From an uncultured Thermoleophilaceae bacterium (GTDB lineage Bacteria; Actinomycetota; Thermoleophilia; Solirubrobacterales; Thermoleophilaceae), in contig CAWIGR010000005.1 of the NCBI GenBank assembly GCA_963835705.1, positions 6,120 to 70,119 on the forward strand: a stretch of 64,000 nucleotides of DNA, read 5' to 3'. Positions 18,230-27,445 of the stretch are shown in pieces. Position 1 is the stretch's first letter, and every line of letters starts with the position of its first letter. Under the pieces are notes generated by a model. The model saw nothing but the letters and a program-made list of their open reading frames with translations. It was not told the origin of the DNA and did not search any database. The translations under genes were made by a program, and so were the position numbers.

Positions 18230-19449
18230 TAGGCGATGCCGTACGCCCGGTGGAGCATCTCGACAGGATGGGCCGTGCGCACCCCCGTGGCGTGCTCGAT
18301 CTGCCAGCGGCAGGTCTCCGAGTCGCACACCGTGCGCTCCGGCGCGGCGTCGGCGATCTGTGCGAACAGCCCGGCCCCCACCTTCATCGCGATGTCGTAC
18401 TTCTCGCGCTTGAGCCCGTAGGTCCCCGCGATGCCGCAGCAGGTGGCGTCCAGCTCGATGGTGCGCAACTCGGGCACGAGGGCGAGCAGGTCCAGCGCCG
18501 GCTTGCCGATGCCGTGGCCCTGCTGCTGGCAGGGGGCGTGGTAGGTCACGGTCTCCGGCAGCGGGCGGAACTCGGTTCGAAGCTCGCCGCGCTCGTGCAT
18601 CGCCAGCAGGTACTCGCAGATGTCGAAGGTCCGCTCCGAGACGATCTTCAGGTCGGCGTCGTCCTCCATGCCGAGGATCTCGATCGCCTCGCGCTTGAGC
18701 ATCAGGCTGCAGCTGGTGGAGATGGCGACTATGTCCACCCCCGCGCGCGCGTAGGGCGCGAGCCGCGCCGCCAGGCGGTGGACGTAGCCGCGGGCGTCGT
18801 CGAACAGCCCGTTGGACTGCAGCGGCAGGCCGCAGCAGTCCTGCTTCGGCACCTCCACGGCGAGCCCGTTGTGCTCGAGCAGCGCAACGGTCATCTCGCC
18901 CAGCCGCGGCTCGTAGTAGTTCGTGCCGCAGCCGTGGAAGAAGGCGACGCGGCGCTGCGCCGGGGGCGAGGCGTGCCGGCGGGCCCAGCGCTGGAAGGTG
19001 CGGCCGGCGAAGCGCGGCACGGGTGCCCGGCGGTGGAGGCCGACCGCTCGCTCCGCGACGGAGCGCAGCAGGCGGTTCTGCAGGCTCCAGTTGGCGAGCG
19101 GCGCCACGGGAGTGCCGAGCCGCCCCGCCAGCGTGGGGCGCGCAAGCAGGCGGTCGCGAAGGTGCACCCCGTTCGTCTCCTTGAGCTTTGCGCGCGCCTG
19201 CGTGTTGATCTCCGCGATGTGGACCCCCTGCGGGCAGACCTGGGTGCAGACGCCGCAGCCCGAGCAGTAGTCGAGCGAGGCGTCGAATGACGGCTCGCCG
19301 CTGACACGGAAGCGCTCGGCCTGCGGCCCGACGTACTTCGGGCCGGGGAACAGCGGCGTGACGTTGGAGACCGGGCAGAACGTCTCGCAGATCGTGCACT
19401 TCACGCAGTGGTCCAGCGATCCGCGCATGAGGTCGCCGAGCACGTCCAC
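18229..19449 (-). CDS. glpC: Anaerobic glycerol-3-phosphate dehydrogenase subunit C
   Basis: 406 aa with a GTG start. Two ferredoxin-type motifs, CVKCTICETFCP and CSGCGVCTQVCP, plus two CCG domains. Confidence 0.85.
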   Translation of the reverse strand: MDVLGDLMRGSLDHCVKCTICETFCPVSNVTPLFPGPKYVGPQAERFRVSGEPSFDASLDYCSGCGVCTQVCPQGVHIAEINTQARAKLKETNGVHLRDRLLARPTLAGRLGTPVAPLANWSLQNRLLRSVAERAVGLHRRAPVPRFAGRTFQRWARRHASPPAQRRVAFFHGCGTNYYEPRLGEMTVALLEHNGLAVEVPKQDCCGLPLQSNGLFDDARGYVHRLAARLAPYARAGVDIVAISTSCSLMLKREAIEILGMEDDADLKIVSERTFDICEYLLAMHERGELRTEFRPLPETVTYHAPCQQQGHGIGKPALDLLALVPELRTIELDATCCGIAGTYGLKREKYDIAMKVGAGLFAQIADAAPERTVCDSETCRWQIEHATGVRTAHPVEMLHRAYGIA

Positions 19450-19451
19450 CG

Positions 19452-20708
19452 TCAGCTCCTCGCGGTTGCCGGCTGGGGGACGCCGCCAAGGACGAGCTCG
19501 GCCGCCTGGTGGCCGGTCGCGAGGCTGATGCCGTCGCCGGACTTCTCTCGCCAGGGCTCGGCGCCGGCCAGCGTGGCGCCGGCGACCAACACGTTCTGGT
19601 GGCCCTCCGGGCGCAGGTCCGAGCCCACTGCCACGCCGGCCCCGGCGATCGGGTGGTCGTCGAAGTAGCCCGGCCGGAAGCGCTCCTCGCCGGGGGCGGG
19701 CACCCCGGTCACGGGCAGGCCCAGCGCCGTCTCGCGCGCGGTCCAGCGGGAGTCGAGCTCGAGCCCCCCGGACGCGAACCCGCCGGTGGCCAGCACGACC
19801 CAGTCGCAGCCGCGGCGCTCGTCGCGCAGCCCCACGCGCACGCGCAGCGCGCCGACCCGGCCGCCCTCCAGCTCCGCGCCGATGACCACGGCGTTGAGGA
19901 TCATGCGCCCGCCCGCCCGGCGCAGGGCATCGCGCAGGATGGCGAACAGCCGCATGCCGGGCACCGAGGGCGGAAGGGTGGGGACCTCGAACACCGGCCG
20001 TGCCAGCTGTCGCTCCAGCTCCGACCAGGCGCCGTGAGGGTCGGCGATGCCGAGCACGGCGGGGAACGCCACGCGCTCGTCAGCCCGCAGGCGCCCGACG
20101 AGCTGGGCGCCCACCTCGGTGCGGAACGACGGGTCGTCGAAGGCGCGCGCGTAGCCCAGCGAGTTCACGTCGGCGCGGCCCTCGGGCACGAGATCGAGCT
20201 CCGCCGCGCGCGCGGGCGTGCCCGTGCGCCCCAGCGTCTCGGCCAGCAGCGCCGGATGGAAGTCCTTGAGCCCCCGGAAGCCGACCACGAGCACGGGGGC
20301 ATCGCCGCGCAGGTCGCCGCCAGCCATCGTCTCGGGCACGACCGCGGACGGGCGCGGCACGCCGAGGGCCGTCGGCAGCAGCAGGTTCTCCTGCAGGCCT
20401 CCCTCGTAGGCGTACGGCGCCAGCGAGCCGGCCACCACGCGCGCTTTGAGCCACTCGACCGATGCCTGCACGGCGCCCGCCCCGACCAGGCTGTACGGAT
20501 GGCCGTCCCCGAGCCGGGCCAGCGCCTCGCCGGGATGCTCGACGCGCTCGGGGGCGTAGCCGAGCACGTCGATCGTGCCCGCGCTCAGGTGGGTCGCGCC
20601 CACGCCCTTGGCAAGAACCAGTACGCGCGCGCCGCCCTCCGCGAGGCGCACCGCTGCGGTCAGCCCGGCCAGGCCGGCGCCGACGACCACGACGTCGTGG
20701 TGGCTCAT
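19452..20708 (-). CDS. glpB: Anaerobic glycerol-3-phosphate dehydrogenase subunit B
   Basis: ATG 20708 forms an ATGA overlap with the glpA stop. N-terminal DVVVVGAGLAGLTAAVRLAEGG. Positioned between glpA and glpC. Confidence 0.8.
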   Translation of the reverse strand: MSHHDVVVVGAGLAGLTAAVRLAEGGARVLVLAKGVGATHLSAGTIDVLGYAPERVEHPGEALARLGDGHPYSLVGAGAVQASVEWLKARVVAGSLAPYAYEGGLQENLLLPTALGVPRPSAVVPETMAGGDLRGDAPVLVVGFRGLKDFHPALLAETLGRTGTPARAAELDLVPEGRADVNSLGYARAFDDPSFRTEVGAQLVGRLRADERVAFPAVLGIADPHGAWSELERQLARPVFEVPTLPPSVPGMRLFAILRDALRRAGGRMILNAVVIGAELEGGRVGALRVRVGLRDERRGCDWVVLATGGFASGGLELDSRWTARETALGLPVTGVPAPGEERFRPGYFDDHPIAGAGVAVGSDLRPEGHQNVLVAGATLAGAEPWREKSGDGISLATGHQAAELVLGGVPQPATARS

Positions 20709-22282
20709 GCCGGCTGCGCCTCCCCGTCGGGCAGGTGCTCGACGTCGAGCAGGCCCTGGAAGATCCAGTCGTCGAGGCGCGCCTGGCGCAGCTGGTCGCC
20801 GTAGAGGATCGGCCACACGCCCTTCCAGCGCTCCTGGAGGAAGCCGCGCAGCGACGCGGCGGCCTCGGCTCCGTCGAGGTCGCCGAGCCCGTGCAGGATC
20901 CCGGTCGCGCGGTAGATGCAGAATCCGCCCTGGCATGGCCCCATGCCGAGGCGCAGGGTGCGCCGGATGTCGTCCAGGTTGGCCGTGCCGCGCCGGCGCA
21001 TCGCCTCCTCGAGCCGCCGCCGGCCGATCAGCTCGCACTCGCAGATGAGCTGCTCCTCCTGCAGAGTCGCCTCGCGTCGGCGGAGGCGAGAGCCGATCCG
21101 GTAGTGCTCGGCGTCCTGGTCCACGGGCGGCGGAACCTCGTGCGTGCGGCACGGCCGGTCGATCCCGAGCTGCGCGCACATGGCGTCGACGATGTCCTCC
21201 GCCATGAGGCGCAGGGTGGTCAGCTTGCCGCCGGACATCGTGAGCAGCCCGTCCACGCCGTCGCGCTCGCGGTGGTCCACGACCGCGTGCGTTCGGCTGA
21301 CGTCGCGCGTGTCCTTGACCTCGCCCACCCTGGCGTCCTGGAACAGGGGACGTACCCCCGCCCAGACGCGCATCGCCCGAGCCTGGCGGAAGCCCGGCAC
21401 GAGGCGCTCGCCGTCGTCGAGCATCTGGTCGACCTCGGCCTGCGTGACCGGGATCTCGTCGGGGTCGGCGGCGCGGATGTCGGTCGTGCCGATCACGCTC
21501 ACGGTTCGGACCGGGACGAGGATGTCGCCGTCCGCCGGCATCGTGCAGCGGTTGATCACGGTGTTCACCAGCCGGTGGTTCATCGCGATCATGATCCCCT
21601 TGCCGGGGATCACGTCCACGCCCTCGATCCCCCCCATCCGGGCGATCTGCGCCGCCCAGGCGCCGGCGGCGTTGAGCGTGAAGCCGGCCTCGATGTCGAG
21701 CTCCTCGCCGGTGAGCTCGTTGCGCAGCCGCGCGCCCGCGACCGAGTCGCCGTCGCGGTGCAGGTCGATCACGCGGTGGTAGGGCAGCACGCGCGCGCCG
21801 TGCGCCGAGGCGCCGCGCGCCAGCGCCCAGACCGTCTTCCATGCGTCGATCGAGGCGTCGGGCACCTCGAAGGCGCGCCGGATCCGGGGGTTGAGCCGCG
21901 GCTCGCGCCGCAGCGCCTCGGCCACGTCGATCTCCTCTGCGGGCAGGTCGCAGGCGCGGCAGCCCTCCAGGAAGCGGTCGCCGTACTCCGGGTCGTCATC
22001 GGGCGTCGTAACGAACAGCCCGCCGGTGTCCTCGATGCAGTCGGGGATCAGCCGGCGCAGGATCGCGTTCTCGGCCACGCACTCCGCCGCGGCCACCGGG
22101 TCCTTGACCACGTAGCGGCCGCCCGAGTGCAGGAGGCCGTGGAAGCGCCCGCTCGTGCCCTCCGCCAGGTCGGCCCGCTCGACCAGCACGACATCGAACC
22201 CCCGCAGCGCCGCGTCCCACGCTACGCCGGTGCCGGTGGCGCCGCCGCCGATTACGAGCACCTCGGCCTGAAGGTTCGGCAC
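20705..22282 (-). CDS. glpA: Anaerobic glycerol-3-phosphate dehydrogenase subunit A
   Basis: 525 aa with a GTG start. FAD fold VLVIGGGATGTGVAWDAALRG and a C-terminal BFD-like [2Fe-2S] segment CECE...GMGPCQGGFC. Confidence 0.9.
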   Translation of the reverse strand: MPNLQAEVLVIGGGATGTGVAWDAALRGFDVVLVERADLAEGTSGRFHGLLHSGGRYVVKDPVAAAECVAENAILRRLIPDCIEDTGGLFVTTPDDDPEYGDRFLEGCRACDLPAEEIDVAEALRREPRLNPRIRRAFEVPDASIDAWKTVWALARGASAHGARVLPYHRVIDLHRDGDSVAGARLRNELTGEELDIEAGFTLNAAGAWAAQIARMGGIEGVDVIPGKGIMIAMNHRLVNTVINRCTMPADGDILVPVRTVSVIGTTDIRAADPDEIPVTQAEVDQMLDDGERLVPGFRQARAMRVWAGVRPLFQDARVGEVKDTRDVSRTHAVVDHRERDGVDGLLTMSGGKLTTLRLMAEDIVDAMCAQLGIDRPCRTHEVPPPVDQDAEHYRIGSRLRRREATLQEEQLICECELIGRRRLEEAMRRRGTANLDDIRRTLRLGMGPCQGGFCIYRATGILHGLGDLDGAEAAASLRGFLQERWKGVWPILYGDQLRQARLDDWIFQGLLDVEHLPDGEAQPA

Positions 22283-22348
22283 GTGATGAATGCTAGATGG
22301 GCGGTCGGGGCCGGGAGCGGCTGACGCCGCCCCCGGCCCGATCCCCCC

Positions 22349-23863
22349 TCAGCCCTCGTCGGCTTCGAACCAGTCGAACGTGCGGGTCACGGCCCGCTTC
22401 CAGTACTTGTAGTACTCGTCGCGCTGGGCCGACTCCATCTGCGGCTCCCAGCGCTTGTCCTCGACCCAGTTCTCGCGCAGGTCCTCGACCTCGTTCCAGA
22501 AGCCGGTCGCCAGACCGGCCGCGTACGCGGCGCCGAGCGACGTCGTCTCCGGGACCTTCGGCCGGATCACCGGCACGCCGAGCAGGTCGGCCTGGAACTG
22601 CATCAGCAGGTCGTTGCCGACCATGCCGCCGTCGACCTTCAGCGACTCGAGCTTCACGCCCGAGTCGGCGTCCATCGCCTCCACCACCTCACGGCTCTGG
22701 TACGCGGTCGCCTCGAGCGCAGCCCGCGCGATGTGCCCCGCGTTGACGTAGCGGGTCAGCCCTGCCACGACGCCGCGCGCGTTGGACTTCCAGTACGGCG
22801 CGAACAGCCCCGAGAACGCCGGCACGATGTAGCAGCCGCCGTTGTCGTCGACCGACTTGGCCAGGTCCTCGACCTCGGGCGCGGCCTTGATCATCTTCAG
22901 GTTGTCGCGCAGCCACTGCACGAGCGCGCCGGTGATCGCGATCGAGCCCTCGAGGCAGTAGATCGCATCCTGGTCGCCGATCTTGTAGCCGACCGTGGTC
23001 AGCAGGCCGGACTTCGACGGAACCGCCTCCGTGCCCGTGTTGAGCAGGAGGAAGTTGCCGGTGCCGTACGTGTTCTTTGCCTCGCCGACCGAGAAGCAGG
23101 TCTGACCGAACGTGGCCGCCTGCTGGTCGCCGAGGTCACCCGCGATCGAGACGCCCTGCAGCGCACCGTCGGCCCTCACCTCGCCGTAGACCTCGCTCGA
23201 CGCCCTGATCTCGGGAAGCATCGACGTCGGGACGCCCATGATGCCGGCGATCTCCTCGTCCCAGCTCAGGGACTTCAGGTCCATCAGCATCGTCCGGCTG
23301 GCGTTGGTGACGTCGGTGATGTGCTGGCCGCCGTCGGTGCCGCCTGTGAGGTTCCAGATCAGCCAGGTGTCCATGTTGCCGAACAGCAGGTCGCCCGACT
23401 CGGCCTTCTCACGGGTGCCTTCGACGTTGTCGAGGATCCAGCGGATCTTCGGCCCCGAGAAGTAGGTCGCAAGCGGAAGGCCCACCCGCTCCTGGAAGCG
23501 GGCCTGGCCGCCGTCCCGCGAGAACTCGTCGACGAGCTTGTCCGTGCGCGTGTCCTGCCAGACGAGCGCGTTGTGGACCGGTTCGCCGGTGTTCTTGTCC
23601 CACACGAGCGAGGTCTCGCGCTGGTTCGTGATCCCGACGCCGGCGATGTCGCCGGCACTGGCGCCGGCGGACTGCATCGCCTCCTCGATCACGTCCTTCG
23701 TCCGGGCCCAGATCTCGTTCGCGTCGTGCTCGACCCAGCCCGGCTTCGGGTAGATCTGCTCGTGCTCCTTCTGGGCCACGCTCACGACTTGGCCGCCGTG
23801 GTCGAAGACCATGCACCGCGTGCTGGTCGTGCCTTGGTCCAGTGCTGCCGCGTACTCAGCCAT
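22349..23863 (-). CDS. glpK: Glycerol kinase
   Basis: 504 aa. FGGY signatures [28 protein letters not shown] and [21 protein letters not shown]. Confidence 0.95.
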   Translation of the reverse strand: MAEYAAALDQGTTSTRCMVFDHGGQVVSVAQKEHEQIYPKPGWVEHDANEIWARTKDVIEEAMQSAGASAGDIAGVGITNQRETSLVWDKNTGEPVHNALVWQDTRTDKLVDEFSRDGGQARFQERVGLPLATYFSGPKIRWILDNVEGTREKAESGDLLFGNMDTWLIWNLTGGTDGGQHITDVTNASRTMLMDLKSLSWDEEIAGIMGVPTSMLPEIRASSEVYGEVRADGALQGVSIAGDLGDQQAATFGQTCFSVGEAKNTYGTGNFLLLNTGTEAVPSKSGLLTTVGYKIGDQDAIYCLEGSIAITGALVQWLRDNLKMIKAAPEVEDLAKSVDDNGGCYIVPAFSGLFAPYWKSNARGVVAGLTRYVNAGHIARAALEATAYQSREVVEAMDADSGVKLESLKVDGGMVGNDLLMQFQADLLGVPVIRPKVPETTSLGAAYAAGLATGFWNEVEDLRENWVEDKRWEPQMESAQRDEYYKYWKRAVTRTFDWFEADEG

Positions 23864-23903
23864 CTAGCCCCTCTCGGTCTGTGTATGGAAGATGTCGCCG
23901 ACG

Positions 23904-24623
23904 TCAGCCTCCCGGCCACCACCAGTCGTACGCCAGCGCTCCGAGGACGCCGCCGATGATCGGGCCCACCACGGGGATCCAGGAGTAGCCCCAGTCCGAC
24001 GGTCCCTTGCCCGCGATCGGCAGGATCGCGTGGATGATCCGCGGCCCGAGGTCACGCGCCGGGTTGATCGCGTAGCCCGTCGGACCGCCGAGCGAGAGCC
24101 CGATTCCGAACACCAGCAGGCCCACCAGCAGGGCGTTCAGGCCCGACACGCCGGTCGCCTCGTTGGCGACGATGGCGAGAATCCCGAAGACGAGAATGAA
24201 CGTCCCGATGATCTCGGTGATGATGTTGGCGCCGGGGTTGCGGATGGCCGGCGCCGTGCTGAAGCAGGCCAGCTTGAGCCCCGGATCCTCGGTCGCGCCC
24301 CAGTGGTTGAGGTAGGCCAACCACACGAGCGTCGCTCCGATGAACGCGCCGACGAACTCACCCGCGAGGTACTCCGGCACGTCGCCCCACTCGGTGCCGC
24401 CCTGGAAGGCGAACCCGAGCGTGACCGCCGGGTTCAGGTGTGCGCCGCTGAACTGACCTACCGCATAAGCGCCCGCCATGACGCCTATGCCCCAGCCGAA
24501 CGTGATGACGATCCAGCCGCTGTTCTGCGCCTTGGACTGGTTGAGCAGCACCCCTGCCACGACCCCGTTGCCCAACAGGATCAGGATCGCAGTGCCGATC
24601 ACCTCTGCTCCGAAGATGCTCAA
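23904..24623 (-). CDS. glpF: Aquaglyceroporin / glycerol uptake facilitator (MIP family)
   Basis: 239 aa. TTG start directly after GGAGGAGGAG. Two NPA boxes (HLNPAVT, INPARD). Confidence 0.9.
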   Translation of the reverse strand: MSIFGAEVIGTAILILLGNGVVAGVLLNQSKAQNSGWIVITFGWGIGVMAGAYAVGQFSGAHLNPAVTLGFAFQGGTEWGDVPEYLAGEFVGAFIGATLVWLAYLNHWGATEDPGLKLACFSTAPAIRNPGANIITEIIGTFILVFGILAIVANEATGVSGLNALLVGLLVFGIGLSLGGPTGYAINPARDLGPRIIHAILPIAGKGPSDWGYSWIPVVGPIIGGVLGALAYDWWWPGG

Positions 24624-24717
24624 AGCTCCTCCTCCGTGCGTTTGCCTGACGAGCGCGACCGGACACTAATGCGGATCGCTGCTTGGAAGCAACCACCGCA
24701 AGCGTCCCTTCAGCCCG

Positions 24718-25350
24718 TCACCCCCCGAAAGTGCGCGCAGCGACCCCGAGTAGCAGCTGCGAGGACGTCGCGCCGGGGTCCTGGTGGCCGACGCTGCGGG
24801 GCCCTAGGTAGCTGGCCCGTCCCCGGCGGGCCTCGAGGGGGATCGTCGCCCGCATTCCCTCCTCCGCCGCGTCCGCCGAGCGCGTCAGCGCGTCGGCCAG
24901 CCCGCTGCCGTCGCCTTCGGCGGCGCGCAGCGCGTCCACGGCGGGCACGAGCGCGTCGACCATCGTCTTGTCGCCGGGCTCGGCCTTGCCGCGCGCCTGA
25001 ACCCCCTTCACCCCGGACTCGAGCGCCGCCGTCCACCCGGCGAGGTCGAGCTCCTCACGACCCGCCGACGCCGTGCCCATCTGCAGGAACAGCGTCCCGT
25101 ACAGCGGGCCGGCGGCTCCGCCGACGCTCGACACCAGCGCCATGCCGACCGCTTTGAGCAGTGCGCCGATGTCCTCGCCGTCGGTGCCGTCCATCTTCTC
25201 GACGGCCTTGCGCATGCCGCGGTCCATGTTGGTGCCGTGGTCACCGTCGCCGATCGCCGTGTCGAGCTTGACCAGCTCGGCGCGGCGTTCGGCGATCTCC
25301 TCGGCGTAGGCACGGATCCAGTCGCGGACCGCGGTCGAGGTGATGCTCAC
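24718..25350 (-). CDS. dhaL: Dihydroxyacetone kinase, ADP-binding subunit
   Basis: 210 aa with a GTG start. DhaL signature LDTAIGDGDHGTNMDRG. Confidence 0.9.
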   Translation of the reverse strand: MSITSTAVRDWIRAYAEEIAERRAELVKLDTAIGDGDHGTNMDRGMRKAVEKMDGTDGEDIGALLKAVGMALVSSVGGAAGPLYGTLFLQMGTASAGREELDLAGWTAALESGVKGVQARGKAEPGDKTMVDALVPAVDALRAAEGDGSGLADALTRSADAAEEGMRATIPLEARRGRASYLGPRSVGHQDPGATSSQLLLGVAARTFGG

Positions 25351-25360
25351 GGTGTGCCTC

Positions 25361-26359
25361 TCAGCCCATGCGGAGCGCAGGCGTGTCGACGGGCGCGTCC
25401 CACAGCCGCGTCAGCTCGTCGTCGAGCTTGAGCAGCGTGATCGAGCAGCCCGCCATCTCCAGCGAGGTGATGTAGTTGCCGACCAGCCGGCGCTCGATCG
25501 TGATGCCACGCTCCTGAAGGAAGCGGTCGAGCTCGCGGTAGACGATGTAGAGCTCGATCAGCGGCGTGCCGCCCATCCCGTTCACGAGCGCCAGCACGCG
25601 GTCGCCGGACTCGTACGGCAGGTCCTCCACGATCGCGGTCGCGAGGCGCTCGACGACGTGGGCGGCCGACGCGAGCGGCTCCCGGAACCGGCCCGGCTCG
25701 CCGTGGATGCCGATTCCGATCTCCATCTCGTCGTCGGCCAGCTCGAAGCTCGGCTCGCCCGAGCCGGGCGTCACGCACGGGGTCAGCGCCATGCCCATGC
25801 TGCGGCCCTGGCCGTTGACGGTCCGGCACAGCTCGGCCACCTCGGCGAGGGACTTGCCCTCCTCCGCGGCCGCGCCGCAGATCTTCTCGGCGATCACAGT
25901 GATGCCCACCCCGCGGCGGCCCGCGGTGTAGAGGCTGTCCTGCACGGCCACGTCGTCGTTGGTGACCACGGCCTCGACTTCGACGCCCTCGCCCTTGGCG
26001 AGATCCGCGGCCATCTCGAAGTTCAGCACGTCGCCGGTGTAGTTCTTGACGATGTGCAGCACGCCCGCGCCGCCGTCGACCGCCTTGGTGGCCTCGAGCA
26101 TCTGGTCGGGCGTGGGTGAGGTGAAGACCTCGCCCGGGCACGCGGCGTCGAGCATGCCGCGGCCGACGAAGCCGCCGTGCATCGGCTCGTGGCCCGAGCC
26201 TCCGCCCGAGATGATCCCGACCTTGCCCTGGACCGGAGCGTCGGCGCGCACGATCACGTACGGGTCGTAGCTCACACGAAGCTGGTCGCCATGTGCCGCC
26301 TCGACGCCCTCGAGCGCCTCGCGCACCACGGCGTCCGGATCGTTGATCAGCTTCTTCAT
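25361..26359 (-). CDS. dhaK: Dihydroxyacetone kinase, DHA-binding subunit
   Basis: ATG 26359 follows [17 protein letters not shown]..., [15 protein letters not shown] and [11 protein letters not shown] are DhaK motifs. Confidence 0.9.
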   Translation of the reverse strand: MKKLINDPDAVVREALEGVEAAHGDQLRVSYDPYVIVRADAPVQGKVGIISGGGSGHEPMHGGFVGRGMLDAACPGEVFTSPTPDQMLEATKAVDGGAGVLHIVKNYTGDVLNFEMAADLAKGEGVEVEAVVTNDDVAVQDSLYTAGRRGVGITVIAEKICGAAAEEGKSLAEVAELCRTVNGQGRSMGMALTPCVTPGSGEPSFELADDEMEIGIGIHGEPGRFREPLASAAHVVERLATAIVEDLPYESGDRVLALVNGMGGTPLIELYIVYRELDRFLQERGITIERRLVGNYITSLEMAGCSITLLKLDDELTRLWDAPVDTPALRMG

Positions 26360-26460
26360 GCACCCTCCTGGTGTCGCTGTGGGTCGTACCCGGCGTGGGG
26401 ACCGTATACCGGGCGGTCGGCGCTCGCAACGGCGGGAGCGCCGGCGACGAGACCTGGGTC

Positions 26461-27387
26461 TCAGGCGGGGGTGCTGGTGCGATCCGCTGCGGGCTCCGGC
26501 GGCGCCGCCGGAGCGCGTTCGAAGCGCGCGGGGGTGGCGGGCGCCGGCGGCGCCGGCAGGCCCTTCCGGTCCCAGAAGTCGCGCACCGCGTCCATGGCCT
26601 CGTGCCGGTGCTCGACGCCGCGCGGGCGAATCGGCCGGCCGAAGCGCACCTCGACCTCGTGGCGGCGCGAGACGAGGCCGCCGGTGGGGATGCGCCGCGG
26701 CCAGTTCTGGCCGGGCGGCATCGCCTCGTGGGTGCCGCTGATGTAGATCGGCACGATGTCGATGTCGTGGTTGGCGGCGATCACCGCGGCGCCCGAGCGC
26801 GGCTGGCCGATCTGGCCGTCGCGCGAGCGCGTCCCCTCCGGGAACATCACGAGGTTCCAGCCCTCGTCGATCAGCCGGTCCACGTGGTCGGTCGCGCCGT
26901 TGCCGAGCCCGCCGCCCTGGCGGCCGAGCGGCACGGTGTTGAACAGCAGCGCGACGCCGCGGGCCTTCCAGCGGCTGTCGTAGAAGTAGTCGGCCGCCGC
27001 GGCCACCGCCGTGCGGGCGCGCCACTTGCGCGGCATCGCGCGCAGGATGGTGGGGGTGTCGAGATGGCTCGAGTGGTTGGCGACGAAGACCACGGGATGC
27101 TCGAGCGTGTCGAAGACCTCGCGGCCGACGCTGCGGTTGCGCACGTAGTAGTCGATCAGCGGGCCGAGCCCAAGGCTGATCAGCCCCTCGCGCGCGGCCT
27201 TCGCGGCGTCGCAGCGCGCCCAGGAGACGTCCATCTCCGCGTACTGGCGGGCAAGCTCGGTGCCCTTGGTGCGCAGCTCGCTGCCGCGGGTGCGCAGCTC
27301 GTCGCTCAGATCGGGGATCCGTCCCCTGATGTCAGGTACGCGCTCCCGCAGATTGGGCACGCGTGGCTTGGCTTTCTCCTCGCCCAT
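26461..27387 (-). CDS. Lysophospholipid (1-acyl-sn-glycerol-3-phosphate) acyltransferase family protein
   Basis: 308 aa. Acyltransferase motifs NHSSHLD (HX4D) and [10 protein letters not shown]. It has an unusual N-terminal run of heptad repeats. Confidence 0.8.
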   Translation of the reverse strand: MGEEKAKPRVPNLRERVPDIRGRIPDLSDELRTRGSELRTKGTELARQYAEMDVSWARCDAAKAAREGLISLGLGPLIDYYVRNRSVGREVFDTLEHPVVFVANHSSHLDTPTILRAMPRKWRARTAVAAAADYFYDSRWKARGVALLFNTVPLGRQGGGLGNGATDHVDRLIDEGWNLVMFPEGTRSRDGQIGQPRSGAAVIAANHDIDIVPIYISGTHEAMPPGQNWPRRIPTGGLVSRRHEVEVRFGRPIRPRGVEHRHEAMDAVRDFWDRKGLPAPPAPATPARFERAPAAPPEPAADRTSTPA

Positions 27388-27445
27388 GCCCCAAGTACTC
27401 CGTCGGCCGGGAACGGTTTCTCGGTACCCCGCTTAGGCTTCCGGC

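Noticed and set aside
15060-18232. Long plus-strand ORFs (669 aa, 648 aa, 422 aa) opposite the dhaM fusion and phosphatidyltransferase genes.
   Set aside because: They are Arg/Pro/Ser-rich low-complexity translations, antisense to a gene with unmistakable EIIA/HPr/EI motifs.
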